A stretch of DNA of 64,000 nucleotides from NCBI GenBank assembly GCA_965655095.1, contig OZ296649.1, positions 69,130,001 to 69,194,000 of the forward strand, written 5' to 3'. The position numbers and the translations under genes are program-made. Numbering within the stretch: position 1 is the first letter of the stretch; each line of letters begins with the position of its first letter. This stretch comes from Haplodiscus bocki (Eukaryota). The notes under the pieces were generated by a model that made no database searches, was not told the origin of the DNA, and saw only the letters and a list, made by a program, of their open reading frames with translations. Of the stretch, positions 52,447 through 64,000 are shown in pieces.

Positions 52447-54777
52447 ATGCCGAATATAAATTCTGCTAACAAGACGTCCCCTTGTTGTTTTTTTCTCCCT
52501 GACTCCTATCGCACATTTTTTTACGCAACGTTTTTTTTCTGTGGTTTTCTTCCTATTGCCTGCACATGCCACCCCGACTGGATGGAAAGCTGACATTATT
52601 GCCGACCAAAACTCAGGCGCAGTACTCGCAAATGGCATCATTTTTAATCATGTTACAAAATTTCTGTTACCTGAAAAGTTAATAAATGTTGATTTTATGG
52701 TTGCCCTTCCAAAGTTCGACATGAACATAAGTGCCAATTTAGACGCCTACATAGCGAAATTGGAACAGCTTTGGAGCCATCCCAGTTGGCTATATCATTT
52801 AGATTACGCCTCTAACTTTCGAAAGAATGATTCTACTTTCGATATTGATTGGCTTCTCCACCAAGTTCAGACAGAAGTTACTCTTGCTGAACTCGAGCTT
52901 ATGGCTCTCCGCAACTGTACTTCGTCATTTCTGAACACGGAACAACATACCGCCTCTGGACACAACCGCTCGCCCAGGGCAGCGCCTCTTGCTATGATGG
53001 CGCTTGCTTCCGTTGGATTGTTTGGCTCAGGAATTGCCCTTGGAACTGGAGAATGCGGACTTAGAGGAATTTCTGGATCATGCCAAGAGCGTGCAAAACA
53101 AAACGCGGCCAACATTGAAAAATTATCCGAATTTACAGACTTCTTAGCCGAATATGTCTTCAAATTGCAAAATGAAGTGAACGAAAAATTTTTTACGCTT
53201 ACGACGGAAGTTGCTGCGCTTAAAACACTTCAAAAGGAAATGCTCGAAATCCAAAATCGTAACTGGAAACTGATAGAACAACATTTTGATCTCTTCGAAC
53301 GCAATATTCATGTAGTACGTGACTGACCAGCTGTTATTCTCTAGACAACAAATAAATTTCATTTTTGATACACTTTGTTGGTTACTGACGATCAGGTTTG
53401 CCGATATAAAAAGTTACAGAAGCGCACTTTACACTTACCGCATCAACATGATGTATTCAATCCAGCCAATGCTTAACAATTACCTTCCTATGTCGTTAGT
53501 TCCTGGACAATCGCTCTTAACAATATTAGATAATGTTGCATTGGAACAATGGCGTCAAAAGGATACACTTTCTTTAGCCATTCCTATGGATGAAATATTA
53601 GCTTATTACGAGTTAAAATTACTCCGAGATGTTATAGTAGTCGAACAAGCACTTATCATGCGAATAGCAATTCCACTAGCAACGAAGGAATCAGCATTTA
53701 CAGTCTTTCGCGCTATAGCAGTGCCGATGCCTCAACCGGAACCAGACATGGCAATTAAATGGAAATTAGAAGCGCCTTATTTAGCTATTTCGGAAAGCAA
53801 TGATGAGACGGTCTTTTTAACAGAATATGATTTCTCACGATGTATCGGTTCATCTCGCTATCAGATATGCCTAGAAATGATTGCAACTGAATCAGGTCAT
53901 GAGTCCTGTCTAGCAGCTCTTTACTTCAAGGACAGCGTTGAGGCGTTAGAAATTTGCGAAACAGAGCAAATTATTCGGCCTTCTACGGGAAAAGCAGAAA
54001 ACATGCTTTGGAGCTTGGCTCATCACTTCGGCAACGACCGCTTTTACATTTTATGAATCAGATACTGACTCGACTACTTCAGCTGGAATAATTAATTATC
54101 CGGGATGCCGAATCTGCATCATCACCCTTAAGTGTGGAAAGCAAATGTCTGGTCCTCACATCGAAATTAGATCGGACCTCAGTACTTGCGAAAAACTTCC
54201 CGCTATTAAGGTCAATGTACAGTTTCCAGACCCTTTAAAGCAGTTATGGAGTGAACTGCCAGAAATTGGTGACATGCCTTACTACTCTACAAAGACAGAA
54301 GTCATTACTTCTAGAATGACACAGTTGAGACCTTCACTCTCAAAGGAATTTGAATCTCATCTTTCCATCAAGCACTCTTTGCTAATGAGCTTGATTTCAT
54401 TTATTGGTTCGATGATTCTTCATGTGATTGTTGTTTGCTTTTATCACCGATATAAGCATCGTCATCCCACTATACTATTATGGTGTGGGTTATTTTGTCC
54501 TAAAATCCCTCAACGCAAAGCCCCGCGCAGAGCGTCTGCCCCAGATGATGTTGACCAATATCGTTTAGGCCCTGTTAGTGCGCCTGCTCAAGATCATTCT
54601 GAAAAGGTCAGAAATCTCTCTCGTAAATCTTCTACATCTCCTCTGAAGGATGCGATGTTTGACGCTATAGTCGACTACCAGAAACAGGCTCCGCAGATGC
54701 CTGATGTTACTAAAAATCAAGCACCCACTGGCCCCGAAGTCTACAGCAGCACATCGCAGGATATCCGCCTCAATTGA
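52447..54777 (+). pseudogene. env: env: class I F-type fusion glycoprotein (errantivirus/baculovirus-F-like)
   Basis: Signal-like VVFFLLPAHA|TP (probable ATG at 52447 with a poly-T frameshift). Furin site RSPR (52967-52978), then the fusion peptide AAPLAMMALASVGLFGSGIALG and a long heptad repeat. LIMRIAIPL..F.VFRAIAVPMP, YLAI, a Cys-rich region, TM SLLMSLISFIGSMILHVIVVCFY and a cytoplasmic tail. Confidence 0.9.
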
Positions 54778-55204
54778 AGCCTGCAGACCAAGAAAAGCTT
54801 TTGTTAGGCTGCCGTCGTTCGCCGAACCATTGGAAAAAGAACCAGAACATTGTTTTCGCAACCTAATTGCAATCATCATAATCGTTCTAGCTTTTATTCA
54901 CTTGCATCATTTTTACTTTCATAACTGTACTGCAAAAAAATATATAAACTCTATAAGCTTCCTGGGACTGGACGACTCTGTGATGGCTACACTTCAAAGA
55001 ACTATCCTGGATTATTCCTACGAATACTTTCGCATCATTATATTGGATTCCTATCATCTTCTCTAGCAGTTGATGTTGAACACCCTTGCACAGATTTTAT
55101 GGATATTTTCAACTACATCTTCACTGTGATGCATCTTCTGTTCCTGTGGGTACTATCTTCCTTCGCCTTTTTCCCAATGATGTTCCTACAGCGGCGAAGT
55201 GATT

Positions 55205-55217
55205 GAAAGGAGGATAG
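55205..55217 (+). promoter_or_regulatory. Polypurine tract
   Basis: GAAAGGAGGATAG directly abuts the 3' LTR. Confidence 0.8.
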
Positions 55218-55515
55218 AGTAACATTTCATGTTATGCTGATGCTGAAGCACAAGACTCAAATAAGGAATTTGCCCAACAAACTTTGAACTCTCTTATCGA
55301 TGAAAGGAATTGTTATTTAAATTTAAACTTTGAAGTTATGGGAGTCATACTGACGCTATATTTAAGACAATCATCTCCCACTAATCGATAAACAGAGATA
55401 AATATATATATATATAGCAAAAATCTTTACCTATAGAGAGACCACCGATTTGCACTATTCTGAATTAAAATTGACTTAAACTAACCAAATCTCTCTTCTT
55501 GAGAGGAGCTGTTGA
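55218..55515 (+). repeat. 3' LTR (possibly truncated at its right end)
   Basis: Direct repeat of 40813-41101; homology stops abruptly after GAGCTGTTGA. Confidence 0.95.
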
Positions 55516-57400
55516 ACCTCACTAATAGGAAGTCTAACCGTGGGACCTCGCGTCCGAAACCTTCTTTGGCTAACTGAAAGAATATTTGGAACATCAGAAC
55601 CCGCTCCGGCTGAATAAAATTTGAAATCTAAGAAGGCACATACAGTAGACCATGGTTGACAGACCATGTTTTTGAGTTCTAGATTTTTTGACTCCTGCTT
55701 GTCTCGATTCGACTATTTCAGACAGGCTTCTGATAGTACTCTTATTTGGTCTGTCTGAATTTATCAAACATGATTCCGATCAAGGCTCAAATGTCTCAGG
55801 ACCTCTTCTGCGTAAACTTTTTGTTTGATCTCAACTGACAGGTCACTGTGTTGCTAATTTCCGCTTCGCATCTGAGTTCAGAGTGGTTATCATCATCGCG
55901 GTCAAAAGTTGTTGATTTCTAAAGCTTCGAAGTTTTGCAAACTTTTCTACACGGGGAAATTGACCAGTGGATCATTTTTTTACTCCGAAATTTCTGACGC
56001 TTTGATTAGTATACAGTTCTCGATGCGATTGGATTTTTGCTGAAGTCGAATGTCAGGCTTTTCGTAATATGCTAGTTTCCAGTCCCTAGTGTTTTGTAGC
56101 CTTGGTTCCTATCTGTCATTACGCTTGTGCAGCGTACGAAGCAAGCCATATGGTTGAAGGTACAGTTTTTGTTTTCCCGTCGTTTAGAAATCTCATTTAT
56201 CAAGAATCTGTTATGGTCATAATTTTCCTTCCTTCTATGCGGGAAACAAACGCGCAACTTGTCCACTACGGAAGCGTTCGGCCTACTGATTGCGCTATCT
56301 GTTCTAGGTGGCTTAAGAATAGTACTGATTGGAATGTAGTTTTTTTCTATCGCGACAGTTTAAATTTTGTTTACGTTTAATTTCTAGGGGATTTTATCTA
56401 GAGACTGTCCTGTAGTTGGCAACCATTTTTTGGTTTTTAAAAACCTAAGCCGTAAGTTTTGATGAGTGATAGTAGTGGTTTTTTTTTGCGAAATGTCTTC
56501 AAATGCTAAAAGAAATTAAATGTTTTTGAGATTTTTAGTTAGAACCGTTTATTAATGACCCCCTGTGAGATTGTTCAACTAGTACAATACCGCTGTTTTG
56601 TGTACTCGGTACCTAGGACTTCTGGGCAACTGGAACGTTATTTTTCCGTTTTTTGTTTCGAAATACCTTGACGGGTACTGGAGAACTAACTATTAGACGT
56701 TTTCACTTGCATTACTCATTAAAAGTTCATCTCACTGACCAACTCAACTAGATTGGGAACCCTAGCCTAGATTCTTGTAAATTCAATTGTTGGCATTGTG
56801 ACGTTGTTGAGAAAGAACCGGGTTGCTGAATTTTGAGCTTTTTTTGGGAAATATCTTAGCTTGTATTCGAAAAATGGAGGTTTTTTACTTTCTTCATTGA
56901 TTGAAACTGTTTTTCTTGAGAACTACTGATCTGTTGGTGTCTTTGTGCTGCTGTTTCAACTAGTAGGACTTTGGAGTTTACTCGAGTGGATCGGATGATG
57001 ATTTTTCAACTTTTATCCCAACATTGATTTGAGTAGGAGAAATCGAAGATGTTTCTGTTTCGTTTGTAAAATTTATCCTATCGACTACCGGTTGTATTGG
57101 TTCCATCACGCGAATATGGGATTAAACGGATCCGGGAGCTGCTAAGCTGTCTTCTTTGTACTTATATTGCGAATGATTTCGTCTTCTGTTTAAAAAATTA
57201 TAGGTATTTTCCACCTGCGTTTTTCTTTGGAAATGTATCGTTTAATCAGTGCTGGTGGGACCAGGTTCATCCAGTGCAGATTCAACTACACGCCTTTTGA
57301 GTTTGTGAGCTGTGGCGATGATAGCTTTTTTCAGTTTTTCCTTTATAATTTTAGCTTGCTTTTGAAAATTCCTTTTTTTTCGTTATTCGGTTAACATTTT
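55516..57400 (-). mobile_element. Heavily decayed LINE ORF2 remnant
   Basis: Minus-strand remnants of KAFD-like (~56060), ADD-like (~55890), V.DLG-like (~55790) and RL.PI (~55530) motifs occur in RT order. Confidence 0.45.
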
Positions 57401-59983
57401 CGCACTATCTGGTCTGCGCATTGCGTACCCCTTCGGCTGCTTCATCTTTTCTTGAGTAGGCAATCTACAAATAGCAGACGTAGTTATTTTCACACTTGAA
57501 TGTTCTTTCGATGAACTTACCTTAGGTCAAGCCATAAAATTATTTCGGCATCTGTTTTGGAAAATAATTGTCGAATTGCATCCATCCAATACATGGTCGT
57601 TTTCTCGTTGCTCAGAGGCACTACTTGGTAGCAAGGCCAATCTGCTGTACCAATCGCATTCTCAGAAAAAATATTGAACGCGTATTTCTTGATTCGTGCT
57701 GTTACCGAATGTTATGTCGACCTATTGTTTGAGATTGAGATTTTTTTCTCAAGTGTTTTTTTGCTTAAGGATTGTTTTGTGTGGAATTATTAGTACTTTT
57801 GGAGCAGCAGTCAGCAGCATTGAAGTGGAACTGCTGGTTTTCCTATTTCCTGTTCTTCATTGAAAATATTGTTGCTGTGGAATTAGCTACATAAATAAGT
57901 TCATTGACGAAGTGAACCGTTTTTCTCTGCCCTCTTTACGGTTGTTGCCGTTGCTTTTTTCGCCTTGCGGCAACCTTGCTCAGCTGCTTTCGCACTCGCG
58001 TTTTAAAAATCAAAACCAACTTGTAAGCAGTAAACTATTGAGCGAAGTTGTTTGTGAAACTTCACAAGTGTCGTTGAAAAACTAAAAATTGATATTTAAA
58101 TTTATTCTTTTTCCGGCTAGGTTCCTCCACTAATGAGGGAAAGGCTGACTCGGAAATTTCTCTTGGAGATGAAATGTTCTTTCCTGTAATTTTATGTTCG
58201 GATAAAAATACTGTAATGTACAAATTCAGAGAACACTTCAATTTCCGTCTTGATGTATATTACGAAACGAAAATCGTTCCCTCAGTATGTAGACAGTTTT
58301 CTCCAGTAATGTGCTAGTTCTGGCTGTGTCAAAACCGAAATTTTCGAAAGAACGTTAGATTTGTCAAAATGTTCACTCGGACACATAGAATGCAGTGTTG
58401 CCAGCCCTGCCGACAATATTTTTCGGAAGTCCGATTATTTTTCGCCCTTGGTCCTAAAAATATTTAGATTTTTTTCCAATTTTTCCCCAATGTGTTTTTT
58501 TGGACACTTAGACTGCTTTTTTGACTGCCCTACCAACAATTTTTGCTCGTTGTCTGAAAAAACAAACAATATTTTTAATTACTTTCTGGGAAATTTTTCT
58601 GCCCGAGACTTAGATTGAAATTGGTAAATTGAGAATACCGGACGAAACTTTTTGGTCAACGTCCGGAACAAATTGTAAAACTTTTTTTCCTAAAAGTTTG
58701 TTCCCTAAAATGTTCCTCTACTGGAAATTAGTTTTGAAATGACCAGTCTTCATCTAAAATTGTACATACTGTGCTAAGAACAGGCCTCATCGCACCCTAA
58801 TGTGTTTATTTCTCCTTTAAGCAGTTCCATTTTTGAGATTTTTCTGACTTTATTTCCACGGAAAATGTCGCAGTGCTGCTGTGCCTTTTCCGATTCTTCA
58901 GAATTGTTATACTCAAAAACTGCGGGTCTGATTATGGCTCTCTGAAAGTCTAGTATATGCAGATTCTGGAACGAATCTGAATTGTTAAGTTCCATTTTTT
59001 TACTGAGAGGTATTTTGAATTACGTTTTCGAAGCCGAAAAGTTTTCTGTCGCGACTTTGTCTTTTCTTTCTGGAAAGACTACCGTTTAGATAGCGGCCAT
59101 CCAATGCTTATTCGTTCTGCCATTAGATCGAACATCTTTGACGAAGAAGAGATGTCCTTTTTCACGTTTCAGGGGAATTATTTTGACTTGCATCTTGAAA
59201 GTCAAAAAGGTTTCTTTTGCTTTTTTTTCAAAATTGTTTGACTTGAAGAGTGCCGGTTGCATTGCTCTTTCCAAATCTCTCAATACGGAGAATCTGCGAC
59301 GATTCAAGGTTGTATCTTTGCATTTGGTTCCTGCGATTTGTTTTGAGTCATAGGCTGAGTTTGAATTTTTTCTTGTGTTGCAGACTTGTGGTCAATCAAA
59401 AGCTCTCTTTTTGGAGATTCTGCAGAGTAGCAGGGATGTCCTAGTTTGCTTTTTTCAGGCAAATTTTCTTGACTAATACTTTGAAAAACCAAACAATTTT
59501 GCGCCTTTCTGGCAAGTTTTTGTCGAAATCTATCTGTTGGATTGCAACCATCAGTGCCCATTCATGCACCGGCAAAGATATATTTTGAGCGCAATCGTTG
59601 ATGGCCGTTCTTTACAATTTCTGTGGTGTTTGTATCTTTCAGTTCGAAGTTTTTTTTTCTCTTGTGTTTTCAAAAGTATTCTCTGTGACGATGGATTGCA
59701 ATGCAATGGTCAACTTGAATCCTTACAAAAAGCTTTGCTGAAAAATGTCATGTTTTTCATTTCATTTTTTTTCCAGTAGAAACTTTTCCCGTCAAATAGG
59801 GAATCCTTTACAAAAATCAAATGATCAGTTTTCGTTGATTGGCAATCAGTTGATCCCGTTTCTCCCCTTCACGCAAGTGTATGTGAAGCGCAGCTTCGAA
59901 TCTGTGAAACATCTGTTAAACCTGTTTTTCATTTAGCTGAAATGAAAATGCTTTTTTAACCAATCCTTTCTGTTACTTTTTAG

Positions 59984-60166
59984 TGGTCCCGGGAGTGGAA
60001 CCTCTTCTCAATTTGGATCCCACCCAACCTCCACCGGAAAACGTGACGCCTGAACAGTTTAGAGCTACCATTGAACACATTGCAAAAGAAGAAGAGGACT
60101 TGGGAAGTCTGCCTCCAAGAGTGTACAGCAGCATGGTAGAGTGCTGTGACCGCGTTTTTGTCCTCG
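59984..60166 (+). CDS. Kelch-repeat protein, internal exon
   Basis: Acceptor TTTTTAG; ...LPPRVYSSMVECCDRVFVLG; donor GTGAGA. Phase 1 joins the next exon to make the Kelch GG. Confidence 0.8.
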
Positions 60167-60885
60167 GTGAGAATTTTTCATAATTATACGCTGTCAAAAA
60201 TTTCATAAATTCTCACTGAATATGTTCTTCATAGATTAGTTCCTCTTCAAATATGGTGAGCCATCTTGCATTTGAATCTGTTCCCAAGTTGAATTGTTCA
60301 GAAAATCGTTGCGGTGTTTTGGAAGGTTATTTTGGTGTAAAAATTTAGTCTACATAATAAGGGCATCATGGTGATTTGGAGGGAGAATTTTTGACTCATA
60401 CTGCCAAAGTTTTTTTGCGGTGGGACTCTGGTACGTGGTACACTGCCTGCTATTCTCAGTTGTATATGAGTATATTTTTTCGTATATACAAACTAGGGGT
60501 ACCGTATCCATCAAAAAATGTGAGACTGGAAGTGCGGTGCGTACTTCGGAAACTTTTGGTAGTGTGCAATTCTGTCTTTCTTGGAAAGCGTTTGGTTGGT
60601 TCCGCTGAATTTCGGTGCTGTATTGAAAATCTGTGGTTGGTAATAAAACTGGTTAGTTCTGCGATCATGCAAAGGGCTGACTGGAAAATACATTAATACT
60701 AAAAATATATTTTTAGTATTAATATGGGGCATGAAGCTTTAAATTTTTGTTGTTCAAGCGTAAATTAGAAACCTGCGCTCTGCAATGAAAATCTTCCCAA
60801 TTATGTTTACCATAGACTGATGTAAATGTACATAATTATTGATGGACGTATCAAAAGTCTTTGTACATCTGCATTGTTTTCTCAG

Positions 60886-61103
60886 GAGGCACGGATCTAA
60901 CCGGTCAGCCGTTGAACACAATGTTTTCCGCCGACGAGCCTCTGTCTGACTGGTATGACATGCCGCCATTTAAAGCAGCCAAGGCCGGAATGTGCTGTCA
61001 TGCAATTGGAAGCAAAATCTTCATTTTGGGGGGCTCTAACACTAAACAAGAGGGCGACAATGGTGTTGAAATTTTTGATGCCAACACTGAAACCTGGAGC
61101 CAG
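60886..61103 (+). CDS. Kelch-repeat protein, internal exon
   Basis: GGTDLTGQPLNTMF...W..MPP....AG......GSKIFILGGSN...VEIFDANTETWSQ is a canonical Kelch repeat. Acceptor TTTCTCAG, donor GTAAGT. Confidence 0.88.
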
Positions 61104-61824
61104 GTAAGTAAGTAAAACATAATATGCAACGTTGATCGTCAGTGGAGCAAAAATTCGAATTATAGGTACGGATGTAATTGTGTTGATCAGAATATTGATT
61201 CCTGGGGGCGCCGTGGGGATTTATTTGTTAACGGATCGTTTTTCGTATCGCGAATTTGAAGCCGAAAAATATTATTCGTACGACGTTGATCGTTCTTTGG
61301 AGACCGGCTTCTGCGTCAGTGATTCTTGCAGTGTACTTACTGATATCACGTGTAACCGCTGAAGGGAGATGTTACAAAGTCTTAAATGTAGTTTTTAGAC
61401 CTCTAGACTTCAATTTGGTAATTTACTTCTGAACGGGTATTTTCGACGACGTAGTTCGCTAAATTTTCAATGTTTTGCTTTCTTGATCACCTTTTTCTAT
61501 AGACATACTGCGAAACGAATAGGAAACGTTAAGTTTTGAGGAGTTTTTCAAATTTTGAAAATTCTGTCGAAAATATAGTATTTTTGTATTTTAAGTGGGG
61601 GCAGTGTAGCTAATATTGTGATCTTTTTTTTAGAATTTTCTCACTTTTGCTTTCCATTTCTTATCAACTTCCTATCGAGTATTCAAAACTAATACATTAC
61701 ACATGCATAAATCTAATATATTATAGCAAAATTCATCATTATTGAATTTTAGGTTGGTTTTTAGTAACAAAAATGGCAAATTTTTGCGACATTTCCGCTC
61801 TTGCTGTCTAATTCCATTCTTCAG

Positions 61825-61891
61825 GTAGGTGCAGGTGAATTGAAAACAGTTGCTGCAGAACTTAATAAGACAAGCCTCGCAGAAAAACGAT
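61825..61891 (+). CDS. Possible next exon of the Kelch-repeat gene
   Basis: The acceptor TTCTTCAG in phase 0 gives ...WSQ|VGAGELKTVAAELNKTSLAEKR, with donor GTAAGT. There is no recognisable motif. Confidence 0.4.
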
Positions 61892-62343
61892 GTAAGTTTG
61901 GAGGAGAAGCTCTTTTATTGTGTTTTCGAGTCAGCGAGGATAACTATTTTTGCAATTTTATCGAAATGTTTAGCATCTTTTCAAATCAACTTCAATATTA
62001 AGCATCCGGCCCGACCCGATGAAAAGGGAAAAAATTTTCTCTGGATGTTTAATCTTTCTTCCGAAGTTGTACTGTTAGTGTCCTTGAAATCACCAATTTG
62101 CATTTTTGCAATGAATTTTCGCTTTGCCTTTCAGTTCAGCTTTTAGCAGCAAATCTACCATGAAATAATACAACCGTATAAATTGTGAAAAATTTTCAAC
62201 GGAAGACGGTGATTTCTTTATAGTCGATGGTGTCGGAAAATGCACTCAACTATTACAGTGGCTTTTGTTTTTTGTCTTTTTTAAAACCTCCGGAATCGAT
62301 GAAATTTGACATAAAGTTCAACACTCTCAACCCAAAGTAATGA

Positions 62344-62682
62344 TTGGGTCTAGAGGATAGAACTTAAGGGATCCAACTGAACAGGTTGCGGGTTTGAACC
62401 CGGTATAGGCAATAATTTCTACAATTTATATGGCCAAGTGGGTAAGACAAAAGGATTCCACAACCGTGAGCCCCAGTTTCAGCTATTTTTTACCCAGTGG
62501 ATAGCGCTCGCTGGCTCCAAACCCCATATAGGCTTTAATTTACAAATTTTCTATGGCCATTGGGAAGGAAAAAAGCTCCGGAGCTGCGTGTGGTTGGTTC
62601 GAACCCGAGTGTTGGCTATAAAAATTGAACTGTTTTCAATCTACCGAATCGACAGCTAGTGGGTTCGAATGCCAGCATTAGT
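62344..62682 (+). repeat. Tandem array of degenerate tRNA-like units
   Basis: Repeated A-box-like TATGGCCAAGTGG/TATGGCCATTGG and B-box GGTTTGAACC, GGTTCGAACC and GGTTCGAATG, separated by AT-rich spacers. Confidence 0.65.
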
Positions 62683-63594
62683 GATGTCTTCTCAAAACGA
62701 AAAGTTTTGGACGTTTTATTATACCCAAATACAGTTTTTCAAACATCAACATGAACACCTTCCTCCCAAGATTTTTGAACCGCGGGCGGCACCTGCTGCG
62801 GCCATTCCCGGATTGTTAAGGCCTTTGTGTAATTCTTTCCTCGCTCATTTCTCGATGAATCTGGATTTTTTTGCAGGTTTGCATCTAAGTCAAGTTTTTT
62901 GTAACTAGACAATTTGAAATCGTTCAAAATTCACTTCTTTACCTGACGTTAAACTTTTTAATCGCTCAAAAAGTCGGTTTTTAGAGTGCTTTATAGTTGA
63001 CCAAAGGTGGATGGTCTGCGATTTTTGGGGATTTTGAGCGGTTGTGTGTTCCTTATTTGATTTTTTCTTCCAAATTCATTGGAAAGCGATTGTGATATGT
63101 TTTTGGCAATTCTGTCGGAATTTAGCAGATCTTAAAAAACCTATCTTAGTCATCTTGCACACCAGTTCCGTTATATTTTCTGAATTTTGCCTTTTTGTAG
63201 ATTTTTCAATTTTTGATTCAGATGCATCAAATAGCTTGAAAATGCGAATCGTACTGTAAAATTTTTCCACTTTAGCAGTTGTTTCAAGGTTTTTATCCTA
63301 TTATGAAATAATCATTTTCAGTGCCGAAAGCGAGATTTCGCCGTAGAGTGCTAGTTTTCATTTCGTAGCCTCGAACTGTGGTTTTTGATTCTTTTGCTGC
63401 GATATTGGAGCACCGGCAGGGCCTGTTACGAAAACTCTTGGAGACTTTGTCTGATAGCGGTTCTCTGATGAAAAAGTTCTTCTAGTGGTATCAACTATAA
63501 TAGCATGGTAATTAGGGTTACGGAGTTTGGTTTGAAACGTTTTTATCAGAAGAAAACAAAGCTACTGTGATCGGACATGTACTGTGGTATTTTT

Positions 63595-63820
63595 GGAACT
63601 TCGAAAAATTTTAGGAATTCAATTTTACGGAGTAGTTATAGTGTTATTCGGTTTGATGACGCTTTTTCATACAATTTGCGACCTCGTCCGAAATTGTTTC
63701 CTGCAGATTGTGAAAAAATTTCAGAATTTTTTTCAAAACGCAGCAAAGCTGCCTGGGAGTGCAGGAGAGACCATACGGACCATCATAGTAGCGATGAGAA
63801 CGCGCAAATCAAAAAGTTTT
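63595..63820 (+). repeat. Dispersed repeat (other copy at 37715-37945)
   Basis: Direct sequence similarity to 37715-37945. Confidence 0.8.
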
Positions 63821-64000
63821 CAATGTTTTTCGAAGTCCTATCCGCCGTGGACGGCCTTGAGCTAAACATGTTTTTCAGGCATCAAACGATAGCCTAAAAA
63901 GCGATGATTAAAAGCCTTGTGCTCTTTTTCTCGCAAAGTTGTTGGAAATTCTGCCACGTGAAATCAAAGTAAATACCAATGATTCTAAAGAGGGCAGTTT

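Larger units (their letters stand above)
40813..55515 (+). mobile_element. Decayed ~14.7-kb envelope-bearing Ty3/Gypsy (Metaviridae-like) LTR element with multiple accessory genes
   Basis: Paired ~290-bp direct repeats, a PPT, gag/PR/RT/RH/IN in Gypsy order, a macrodomain, an antisense JmjC gene and an F-type env. Confidence 0.95.

Noticed and set aside
40813-55515. A true Retroviridae provirus
   Set aside because: The gag, RT and RNase H motifs are Gypsy-like, and env is F-type rather than SU/TM with an immunosuppressive domain. A final assignment needs an RT phylogeny.

Overview
AT-rich, repeat-dense, intron-containing animal (probably invertebrate) genomic DNA with one assembly gap (N, 17336-17484). 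Two host genes are visible. One is a five-coding-exon AMPK beta subunit (23249-34194, +, about 252 aa, N-terminus MGNTSS). The other is part of a Kelch-repeat gene (59984 to about 61891, +). Most of the rest is decayed mobile DNA: several CR1/L2-type LINEs, a Penelope-like GIY-YIG element, a probable Helentron-type relic (OTU and AP-endonuclease motifs), a TA-flanked TIR element, a hAT fragment and tRNA-derived repeats. The main object is a ~14.7-kb decayed Ty3/Gypsy-type LTR element (about 40813-55515) organised like a complex virus. It carries gag, a -1 slippery site, and pol (PR, dUTPase-like segment, RT, RH, IN) extended by a TARG1/OARD1-family macrodomain. These are followed by three tandem paralogous ~100-aa orphan ORFs, an antisense JmjC (KDM2/KDM7-like 2OG-Fe(II) oxygenase) gene, an F-type envelope with a furin site and fusion peptide, and a small post-env membrane ORF. 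All calls come from reading motifs by eye; no searches were run.
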